Origin: Basidioascus undulatus
Lineage: Eukaryota
Length of the DNA: 39,152 bases
NCBI GenBank assembly: GCA_000826855.1
Contig: JTLS01000037.1
Location: 1 to 39,152, forward strand
Direction: 5' to 3'
The notes under the pieces were generated by a model. That model saw only the letters and a list, made by a program, of their open reading frames with translations. It ran no database searches and was not told where the DNA came from. Numbering within the stretch: the first letter of the stretch is position 1; each line of letters starts with the position of its first letter. Positions 24,964 through 36,116 of this stretch are shown here, in pieces. The translations under genes were made by a program, and so were the position numbers.

Positions 24964-27659
24964 GCAGTTAGCATATTCTGAGCTTCGCACTTGTGGCTTG
25001 TTTGGAAGCTTGGTTAAGCTGGTAGCTTCGTCGCTGCGACGAACGTGGACAGCCAACACCACAGGGGAAACTTTCACTGTGTGAAACGGGCCTCTTTGCT
25101 GAGTCTTTGCTGAATCCCGGCAAGAGTCCGGAAAGGGGCTCTTTTCTGACCGCAAAGAGTCAGCAAAGCGACATTTCCTGTAATATCTGCGAGCGCCTTT
25201 GCGGATGCTGCGCTTTCGCCTCGGTTGCGCTGGCTACGGAAAGATGCAGGAAAGGCTTCGCAAAGTTGCCTGGATCAGCTTCTCCCACCCATAGCCAGCC
25301 CGCCGCCGCTGGCCCGCTGGCCCGCCGCCCCGCCCGCCCATATGCACTAGATTTCTTTTACTGGATTTCTTGTCTTTCCTTCTAAATACGCAGAAGGGAT
25401 GCTTAGATGCCACCTAAGTATTCAAAATCATGGCTACCGTGATGGCAGACGGGAGAGCACTTCGCACCCATGTAACCCACTGGCCTGCGAACGGTTTAGC
25501 TAGACCGAGAAATGAGTCAAGACAGCGTATACCAGGGAGGGCTTTCAGACTGACCCGGAGCTTCAAGGTACTCGCAGCTCAAGCAAGATCACAGGCGCTG
25601 ACTTCCATGATTTCGTTCGCTCTCACAGACACCACGGACGATAGCGGGACACCTAATGGCTAAGCACATGTGATTCCGCCAAGCTCTCTTTCTTCATATT
25701 TACCCTGTAGAACAAGTACGCCCAAACGTTGGAAGAAGGTTTCCCACTCCAAAGCGCTGCAAGTTCCTCAACATCATCACACCCTTCCCACCCAAGCCCG
25801 TCCACCGCGATCGCGCGAGCGCCCCGCATTCCCTTCAACCAATCTTGCACCCTGCTCCTCGCATCCAAGCCGGGAATTTCCCGAAGAGCGCTCTGGAGCG
25901 GTGAGCTCGGCGGAGTGGACAAGTGAGAGGAGCCCATCTGCTTGTCCTCGGACCCATGCATGTACTAGTCAGTCTCCGGCGCGGGAAGGAGAGCCGACGA
26001 AATAGGATACCCAAGTCTGGAGATGGGGTTCGTGCCATAATCTTATGCCCAGCGCGAGAGTTGCAGGGACCGGCAAAGTAGGCCGGGTGTGTTTCGGCGA
26101 CTTTTCAGCATCGGAAAGTCCACTTTACTGGCCACCTTTCCTTGACCTCTGCAAAGTGCGCTTTCCGGAGTTTCGGGCGACACAAAGATCTGGCTGGCAC
26201 GCAGTGATTGTTGATACCAGAAGTCGGAGGTGCAGAGAATGATGGAATCGACGAGAAATGATCTACTTCCAGACCAACTGTGGGCCGTAGATAAGGGGCG
26301 GTCGATAAAGAGGTGTTGGAACGCCAGTGGCCCAGTACTGCATCTGTAGGAAACCGAGATGATAAAGGATTGAAAGCGTCGCTTGCATGGTCACGCATGT
26401 ACTGTAACTTTCTTCTTTCAGTCATGAACCTCCACGTGTAGCCTTGCCGCCCTAGCCGCCCTTACCCCAAGAAAGCAGTACTAGTGGGAGGCATACAACA
26501 GCTTGCACATTCAACGTCCTTCAGGTTTCTGTACAATCTCTAGCTTGAAGTTTCGTGGGTGGCTAATAACTTCTGAGCCAACCGGAGAGCCGTAGGTCGT
26601 ACACACGGCCGGACAGGGCGCCGTCAGTTACGAGCGTGTTTTCCGACTGGTAGGTGTTCTTGATAAGATACTCGAAGAAGTTTCATAAAAAGCTAGCGTC
26701 CCACCATCCGGAAGACTCCAAGGAGTACTGGATAGAGTGTAGGCTCAGTATCCTTCGCGAAACCCGAGGCGTTTCAGAGTCATTCGGCCAACACTTGCCT
26801 TTCAGCGACATCCGCAACTTGTGTCATCCTCGACAGAAGGAAACTAGCGTATTCAGCCACCGGCGCATTCAGTAGTATGCTAAAGACATATGATGGAAAA
26901 CGTGGAGGCGTCTTCCATTCGTTGTCCGTCCACCGCCCGGAACGCTTAGGAAGTGTATGCCTCCTCTCCAACCACCCGCCGTCCACTACTCCACTGGAGG
27001 GCAAAAAACCCGAACTCCAAGTGGAACATCGCCTTATAAAAGTTTATGCGAAAGGGACCTGCGGCGGACGCTCATGCTGACCATTCTTCAGCAAGAACGA
27101 CGACGCGCGACATCGCCCTGGCATCCAGCGGCCTGAAACAGTGAATTGAATGACGGTCAATAGTTGCTAAATGGATCCAATGATTGTGTGAAGCGTGAAG
27201 AAACCTGATTGTGGCGCCGATTGAAGTCCTGGGCCACGCATAAGTGTCAGTGGGCCTTATTTGTCCGCTCCCGTCCCAAGCGAAAGCCACGCAAGGGTCA
27301 TGAAGGTAGCCAAGGAAGATGTGTGGAAGTAATCGACGTTGTAATCCATCGACGTTAAGTTATTCATTCGAAGATAGTTGTGACGTCTGCAGGGGCATCG
27401 CAAGCGACTCGTATGAGACAAAGCGTAAGCGCGACAGACGAGCAGTTAGTGACACGAGACATAACGCCAGCGCAGGAGATCGAGATGCAAGAGTTGATTC
27501 GAAAATGCGAGGGGTATAATGCGATGAATGCGAACAACCGAAGCGAGATAAAGAGAGCCACCCGACCGTCGGATCCATCTATGCCTTCCCCTTGCCCTTC
27601 TTCCCACTGCTTCCACCTCTCAGCCATCCTGTTATGCATATGAGGAGGAAGACCCGAAC

Positions 27660-27993
27660 TTACTCTTTTTCGGACTCCTCCTTCCCGTTGTTCTTCATAA
27701 TCGTGAGCTTGCCTGTGCTCGCTTTCGCGACCATCTGCTGCTCAATCGAGTTGTTGATGGGAGCCGAAAGTTTCTGTGCAGACGATCGCCAACGGTCAAC
27801 CAACAACATCCTCCATGCCCTTGATATGAGCCGAAGGGCCACGCACCTTCATAAGAGACTTGTGCTTGACCGCGCTCGCCTTCTTCGGCGGCGCCACCCG
27901 CTGGCCCTTCTTAGTCGTCGCGGCTGCCTTCGACTGCTTGCGCGCCGAAGTCGACTTCGCTGCGCCCTTGAAGTTGGATTTCCCTTGAACCAT
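27660..27993 (-). CDS. Small basic protein, DUF2462/UPF0390 family, 86 aa
   Basis: Exons 27993-27847 and 27773-27660: MVQGKSNFKGAAKSTSARKQSKAAATTKKGQRVAPPKKASAVKHKSLMKKLSAPINNSIEQQMVAKASTGKLTIMKNNGKEESEKE*. Family pattern MxQG...KKG.R...PKK...KKLS..IN..IE...GKL. Confidence 0.85.
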
Positions 27994-28523
27994 GGTCACA
28001 AGAGATGAAGCGCAGGGAGGTATGTAAGTCGGTAAGGTGCAAGGGGCGGTGGAACTTGGGGAATAGCTTATCGAGCTTCGCGGGAAATGATTTTGCAGGT
28101 TAGGGTTATGTACCTTGGAGCTCGGTCGCACAGTCGCCGGGAAGTGTTTCCATAAAGGACAACAAACAGCTGTCAACAATTTTTCGAGACAAATTGTGTC
28201 CAACAAGTCCAAAGAGGGAGAGACAGATTATTGGGTTGAATTAGGCACGATAGGGTTAGCACGGCTGTTCGGTGGGGATCGTTCTGGCCCAGCCGTACGA
28301 ACTGTCCTTCCAAGACGGACCGCTATATTGGGTGTTGGTAAAAGAAGTACTCGGATTGTGAAACACCTGAAATGCTCGTAGCGAGGAAACTATGCATTTG
28401 CGAGGAGTGAGCTCATGAACTCTCTAGCCTCTCCTTACTTTTCTTCCGAACTTGCTCGCTCCCACCTCTGCGCTCTTGCACAGTATCTCATTTATGCCTC
28501 ACCTTCAAACACACGTTTTCGAC

Positions 28524-30914
28524 ATGGGCACCATCAGTATTCCTCAGACCCAGCGAGCCGCGGTCTTCGACAAAGTCGGCGGTCCCGTCTACATCAAGGA
28601 GATTCCTGTCGTGCAGCCGAACGAGCTCAAGCAAGGGCAGATCTTGGTAAAGGTCGTCTACAGTGGCGTGTGCCACACGGATTTACATGCAATGAAGGGT
28701 GGTACGTGGTAAAAATTGAGTGATTTCTACCTATGTAGAATGCTCATAGGGCTGTGCAAGACTGGCCGATGCAGGGCAAGTTCCCCCGTATCGGGTGCGT
28801 GAATTCCCCTATCTCTGCAAGAAAGACGCTCAAGATGGGTCTTCAGTGGTCACGAAGGTAACGTCCTTAACAGCTCACTGCTCCAAGGGGTCCTTATGAC
28901 ATTGTTCCTCCCATTGAGGCGTCGGTTACATTGCGGTGCGTTCCTCGCCGACGCAGCGGCCTACCTGCTTGACGCAATGGAAAACTGCATAGGCCATCGC
29001 TCAACACACCTCTACCCGGCTTAAGGTTGGAGAACGAGTGTGAGCACTTCGAATTCTTTTCCAAGGCTTGTTGTCAATCTTCGGCGCTTTGGGGTAGTGG
29101 TATCAAGTGGCTTGCGACGACCTGCCTTCAATGCGAGGTGGGTCTGAGACTCGGTCATAGGATGTAATGGCTCTGAGCTCTTCATCGTCTTAATCCAGTT
29201 TTGCCGGAAGGGAGAGGAGGTAATTGCACATTTTTTCGTCAAATTTCAGGGTGTCTAATCGCTGATACGCAACACAGGCAGTGTGCCCGAGTGCGGAGAA
29301 CCACGGGTTCGCAGTCCCAAGCGTCATCCTCCTCCTCGTCCAGAACTGACACCCGGGATTTTCAAGATACACCTGCGACGGATCGTTTCAGCAGTACGCT
29401 GTGGTGCGTGATAATTATGATGCTTTCTCCCGCATACACATGACCAAATTGGGTGCACGGGCTAGTCGTGGGCCAATCATGTCACAAAAATCCCGCCCGA
29501 GTTGCCTCTTCACGAGGCGGCCCCTTACCTCTGCGTGAGTCGATACACCGCGATCCCCTGCCCCACCCCCAACATGGGGAACACGGCTGTTCGGGCTGAA
29601 GCCGCGCTTGTCCCGCAGGCGGGCCTGACTGTGTATAAAGCCCTGCGCAGTGCTCGCCTCGACCCTACCGAGAGTAATTGCATTACTTGATGAATGGCCG
29701 CGAATATGTCCTAACGACAACTTGGCTGGTATAAAGTTGTTGCTCTCCCCGGTGCCGGTGGCGGTCTTGGGCACTTGGCTGTGCAGTACGCGAACAGCCT
29801 CGGTTATACAGTCCTAGCGTGAGTGGACCCTCTATTTCATACTTCTCCGGTCTGTGCCTGACGCTGACTGCAGACTTTTTTATAGTATTGATACTGGGTA
29901 CCTGTTACCAGCTAGTCCTTATCCCGAAGACCGCTTACACCGCATGCACGCAGTCCTGAGAAGGAGTCGCTCTGCAAAGCTCTTGGCGCGAAGGTGTGTG
30001 CTGAACGCCGCTGAGATTTCTAACACCAGATTAACCCGCTTAAACTTAAAGGAGTTCATCGACTTCAAGAAGACCCCGGTAGAAATGTCCAGCGGTCCAA
30101 TCGCATCTTGTCTGCACGCTGACCAACTCGTGCTCACTCCAGGACCTATACAAGGAGATTCGGGAGAAGACGGACAATGTTCGTGAGGGATGCAGCCAGC
30201 ATGCCCTATAATTCTTGATGAGAATAGTTCTATGCCACAGCTCGGACCGCATGCTGCGGTGGTCGCTGCCGCGGGTGCTGCCGCTTATCAGCAGGCGCTC
30301 GAATACGTTCGCGCGGCCGGCACTCTGTAAGACTGGCTTAGTTCTTCTATAAGATACCAAACTAATATATCCATTATTCTTCCAGGGTTGCAGTGGGAAT
30401 GCCTGGCGGAGCGGTCATCAAGGCCGAAGTATTCAGTGTCCGTTGCACTCCTCTTGAGCCTCGATGCCTACAACTGACCTGCCGGGCCTCTTTCCTACTG
30501 GGGATCAGACCATAGTATCCGCCAAGCGCATTGTAGGCTCTTACGTCGGCAATCGGCAGGATGCCGTTGAGGCGATGGAGGCAAGTCCCTAGCCTCGGCA
30601 CGATAATGCCCATTGCGACTGACTGGACCTTCTGGCGGCAACACAGTTTGCAGCACGGGGAAAGGTCCGCACAAGTACGTACTGTTGCATTTCCCCCCAT
30701 AAATATTTCGTTAACTGGACGAATCGACCGTTGCGGGATACAGCCTCGCAGATGAAGACACTCGACGAGCTGCCGGAGGTGTACAAGATGATGGATGAGG
30801 GAACGCGTGAGCATAGATCTCTTCTCAATATCTGGTCTTGAACACTAATAGTAGACGGAATAACTTTTAGTCACCGGGAGGGTTGTGATCGACCTTGGGC
30901 ACAAGGACAAGTAA
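28524..30914 (+). CDS. Zinc-dependent alcohol dehydrogenase (MDR superfamily, yeast Adh1-like)
   Basis: [29 protein letters not shown], structural Zn cysteines [70 protein letters not shown]. About 20 short introns (estimated). Confidence 0.95.
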
Positions 30915-31240
30915 AGGTCGAATCAAGTAAGGGGAGCAAGTTTCGCGTTTCTGGAAGCCTACTTAAAAGTGTGTACTGCGTGGAAAAGTTGTCGGGTTTG
31001 TACATAAAACGTATCAATGAGCTGCAGGGAGTTACGGGTTTTGACTGGCACTGTTAGTGTTACCGCACGCACGTTGAAGCGGCCAGCAGCGGTAAGAGTC
31101 AAAACAACAAGCGAATGTCATAACCAGCGGAAGTACGACGGTACAGCTAGCGTAGTACACGAGGATCACAGAATACGACCTGAGTGAAAAACCCAGAAGT
31201 TGAAGAAAGAAAAAGGTAGCCAGTCTGTCCCCCGAACACC

Positions 31241-34200
31241 CTATTTGAAGAGCAAGTGTACGATCCGCTTGTGAATCGGCAGCGCCTTGATGGCAGCACG
31301 CTCGGCATTGAGGTGCTCTGCGCTCTCCCAAATTTTCCGGCCCGTGTCGAGATCAATCTGGTGCGCCCGCTTCGGAGCTGTTGCAATATGAAGTCATAAG
31401 CAGTGGTGAAGGCACAGATCGTGACGGGAAACTGCACGCACTTGCTCGCTTCCAGATGTACCCCCCAATGAAGAAGACGAGAACGACCGGCAGAGCGAGA
31501 TAAGCCTTGAAGAAGCCTTCGGCAGAGCTTCCGCCCCCGATAGGCCCTGGGTACCGGCAAAGCAACAGGTCAGTTCACTTTGCGATGCATCGTCAGCTGG
31601 TGACCGTCAGCTTACAGACAGCGAGATAGAATTGGGCAATCTGTAAGAGAGGGGCCTTTGGTCAGTGCTTGCTACAGGCATATCAGATCCTTGAAAGCGT
31701 ACCAAGACGAGGAACACCAGACCCGCGCCAATGTAGGATCCCCAAACACCGAATGCAGCCCTGTAGGGAAGCTCGTCGAGGTGGTGGCCCTGCACCTTCC
31801 ACGCGCGGCGGAAGCGGATGCTGGTAGAGTTGGGAAGTCAGCACTGCATTGACAGGCACTTTCAAGGCGCTTTATCGACGCACTGGGCGATGCACTGGAA
31901 GGATGGTGCTTAACAGTCAGCCAGAGTTTCCGATGCCGCAACACCAGACGTTCAAAGAAAGCCACTCACGATCGAGGCCCATGTGAAGAGAGTGCTCAGA
32001 CCCGAAAGAGCCAACAACCATGCGAATACCTAACCACAAAATTATCCCGTTTCAATACTAAGGCCAAGTGGCATGAAAGGAAGCAGGTCCGCACCTCATC
32101 TCCCACCGACGGTGAAACGTTGGCGTAGGCTGCGCACATCCGTTGTTAAGTGTCAACCTCGCTTTAGGCAAGGCCAAAAAAGATCAGGAACAGAAGCAAG
32201 CATACTTACCAATCGGGCCAAAGATGAGAATCGCAACGACCGACCAGAGCGGGCGACCAGCCTTGTCGACATACGCAAAGAGCTTGGGCGCGTAGCCCGT
32301 TTCGGCGAGGGCAGTGAGAGTGCGCGAACCTCCCTGCATCCAGCAAACCAACCGTCAGAGCTCTGCAATTACCCAAGAAGTACAGATTCAGACTTGCAAA
32401 CACGCATGACGCTCCGATCGAAAGGACGGAAATCTGTCATGGGCCAACGAGCTCAGTGCCTAGAAGTGGTGGGCTGTAGTTTGGAGACGTACGGTGATCG
32501 TTACGTTAATCAAGTGGTTAAATCCGGGGATTCCAGCGCGGTCAATGACAATCACGAACGGCGAGACATTGGCATCGTAGTCGCTCCTGGCGCCCAGCAG
32601 GCGCGCGTCGTTGTAGGGGACCATCAGGCCGATGATCGTGAGGGAGACGATGTAGATCACGGTGATACGCCAGAACGTGTTCTTAATGGCCGAGGGCATC
32701 GTCTTGCGAGGGTTAGGCGTCTCGGACGCGGCGAGACCGACGAGCTCGGTGCCTTGAAAATTCATTGTCAGATTGTTGCACAACATTCCCTCCTGAACGA
32801 GGGTGGACTTACCAGCAAACGAAAACGCCGCGGTGACAAACACACCACAAACGCCCTTGAATCCGTTGGCAAACATGCCAGGGTCTTGCCAGTAGCGACC
32901 GCTGCATGGTTGGAACATATATCGTTATAAACGGTGGGTTGTCCCGACGAATGACTAGGAAGCACTCACCCAACGTAGCTGCTGTAGTCACCGCCGGACG
33001 GACCGCCGCCGCAGTTGCACACGATTCCAATGAAAATGAACTACTCCGAGAGTCAGCAATGATGAGACGAGCGAAACTTTCAGCCAGACTGAACCCAGGT
33101 AAGCTTACCATGACGACAACGAGCAGCTTGAGGCATGACGACCAGAATTCCTCCTCGGCGTACCCGAGCGTGCCGAACTACAGGCGCCCCTCCTGTGATC
33201 AGCAAGAACCGCAGATTATTGCGAAAACGTAAAAAAGGCATACGATGTTGACTGTCGAGGTTACGACACTTAGCGCCACGGGTGCAAAGCAGGGCAGCGA
33301 TTGAACGTACGGATAATGATGGCAACCCAGAAAACAGTGATCAACGCCTTTGAAGCAGGCTGTCAGTATGAGGGGCACCATGAAGACGTGAACGATAAGA
33401 ACGCACTGCCATGGGAACCTTGTCTGTCCAATATTCGACCGTGAAGCCAGCCTATTCCGGAGACGGGACGGATCAGGAGACGCTGCTGATCAGTGTCCAT
33501 CTCGCCCAAGTACGTACAGCCGTGAGCTCGAGCGGTAGGACGACGGCCCACTGGAAGACATAGTTCCAGCTGTTGCGATGAAACGTAGCGTGTCAGACTG
33601 GGCTGTTCGACACTAACGCCACTACAAAATTAGACGAACCCCATGGCGAAACCCCACGACGGGTCAAGGAACCTCGAGACAAGCGTGTAGAAACCACCCG
33701 AGACAGGGTACATAATGGCCATCTGATAGTACCGAGCATGAGCTGGATTATACCGGACCAAATGAAGCAAAGAAGACGCACCTCGCCCATGGCCTGGCAC
33801 GTGGCGAGAAGCATGAAGCCCATAATTATCCACGCAATCAGGATACCGAGGGGACCGCCCGTGCGGAGAGCACCACCGGAACCGATGAAGAGACCTGAGA
33901 GAGCCAGCTACATCCATCAACACTCCTCACTAGCTGCTTTGAGAGAGGGCAAGTACGCACCCGTCCCAATTGAGCCACCGACTGCGATCATTTGGAGGTG
34001 TCTAAATTATGAGTATTCGTGTGAGCTGACTGGACGCCAGATGTACAACGCAGGCGGGGGATACGGAGCGCACCGTGGCTTCATCTTCTGTTGCAGCATC
34101 GGGTTGTCCGCCCGGGCGAGCGCGAGCTCCTCGTCCGTCGCGCCCTCCTTGTAGTTGCAAAGGCCCCCCGTCGTGCCGGGCGCGCGCTTGAAGGACTCGA

Positions 34201-34330
34201 AGTTGAGACCCAGCCGCGTGAGCTTGCTTTCCTGGCGAGGGTCGTAGAACGTCGGGGCGGCAGCGGGCCCGACGTGCACGGACGTCGCGGACGCGCCGTC
34301 GGGCGAGTACTTCTTCTCTTCCTCTGCCAT
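31241..34330 (-). CDS. Amino-acid permease (APC superfamily, YAT/Gap1-like), copy 2
   Basis: MAEEEKKYSPDG...[28 protein letters not shown]...MAIMYPVSGGFY...FAGTELVGLAASETPNPRKTMPSAIKNTFWRI...IDLDTGRKIWESAEHLNAER...LLFK*. A close paralog of 21104-24507. Confidence 0.95.
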
Positions 34331-36116
34331 GAGGCGCAGCACAGGTGGGTTGTTGAAGACGGCGGGAGATGGGGTGAAGAGTTGGGAAACAGGTATGCCA
34401 GGGGTCGTCTGTGGCCACCGCGTGATAGAGATGGAGGAAGAGGAGCCGTGAAGTCGGAAGACTGCGAGAAGGACATGGAGTCTAAGGAACAGTGAGCCGC
34501 GAGGAGAGGATGTCCACCTGATAGTCTCGAAGCGAACCCGCATGGTCGGACTGCGTACCTGTCCACAGCCACAACAGCTGAGCCAAGCCATGTGCCTAGC
34601 GGTGTCACTCCCGCTACCCCTTAATCGGGTCTGGGTTGCGCGAGAAAGGTTGACCAGTGGAAGTGCAAGTCGCCGGGCCAAGCCCTTGCCCGCGTGGGGC
34701 TGCTTGTCGGTTTGGGCAGCGAGAAGTCTATCGTCCGTGAGACGACGGACACACCGACGCCAAGAGCCCCTGCCCAGCGCAGCGTTATCTATCTCTGCGG
34801 ACACTCTATAGAGAGCGGCGCCGTCTACCCCCGAGCACGATAGAGGATGCAGAAATGTCAGAAGAGGGATGCAGGAAGCAACGACGTTCATGGCGCAGTC
34901 TTCGTATGTACATCCAACAAATAAGATCCTGCATTGGCTGCGACAAGCTTCAGTCCCTGAAGGTCAGTCACGTGTGTTGCCAATTGCATTCAAGAAACCC
35001 GCTTCCGGGGCCCCACGCGGGGCTCCACACTGTAGAAATCACTAATTGCGGAGATCCACGCCACGTGTAACCATCCCTTCGGATCGTCTTCTTGAGCTCG
35101 TTGTCGGTCACTGAGACCCCGGCAAGCATTCGCAGGAGCGATCACGCAAATCACGCGCTCAGTCTTTAGACGTACAAAAGCGTACTGCCTAAAGGCAATC
35201 AGAGAAGTCTTGACGCGGCAGGTGCCCCATCATGACAGCAGACTGAAGTTGGAGGGAAGCGCGTCTGCAAGTTGGGTCATCTGCAACTCATGGCCAAGAT
35301 GACAGGTCGACGGCCCAGTCAGATCAAGTTGCCCTGATCTTCAGCCAGCCGCTGACTTCGCGGGAGAGTACAGCGGGAAGAACACCCTGTGTTCTGACAG
35401 TGTCCGTACAGACGTATGGCAAACCGGTGCTGTGAAGGGAGCAGTTAACCAGCATGCAATTTTAGAAAGCCTAACGACGCAACACGGCTTTCGATGCTGA
35501 GTTAATGTACCTCATCGGCAAGCGAAATCAGACTGCTTGTCCTCGCACGTACGCGAACTGTCCGTCCGATTAAAGGCGCGGTCCACAGGACAGGCAGGCA
35601 GTTTTCTTGGTCCTGAACATCCGCGGCTCGAATGTGTCCAAATTCCAGCAAAGACGCCCGATCCACACCGTGTGGCGGCGGTGCACCCGTACCATGCTCG
35701 TGCTAACTCGGCACGAACAGCTTCAGTCGAGTTGCGTCCGGTTCCACAACATCAGTGCGGGTCCATGATCACGTCTCACGCCATCCAATCTCCTAGATGG
35801 AAAGAGCCACAAGGCTGGCGAGAAGGATGGCATTTCGAACGAGCTTTTCGACTTGCCATGATCTGGGTCGCGGACGCAGCCAAAAGGCCACATGACTAAG
35901 TTATCGCCTTGCCGTGCCGCATTGATGGTCCCCTGCATACCAGTGCACTCCATACCCCAGCTCCTCAGCGCCGCCTCCTCACAACCAAACCCAACGACCT
36001 CAGCCCCTCCCGCTCCGCCGTCATCCCACCCCTCCTTCCCTCACGTAGCCCCAAACCACCCGCCATTCCTCTATATAAGACTATGCTGCCCCTCCTCTCG
36101 CTCCTCGCGAGCTCCC

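Noticed and set aside
32073..32930. 285-aa plus-strand ORF
   Set aside because: It is antisense to permease copy 2 exons, and the same shadow appears opposite copy 1.
35260..35345. Short inverted repeats (GTCATCT/AGATGAC; AGATCA/TGATCT)
   Set aside because: The 6-7 bp arms are within chance expectation, with no transposon termini or duplication.
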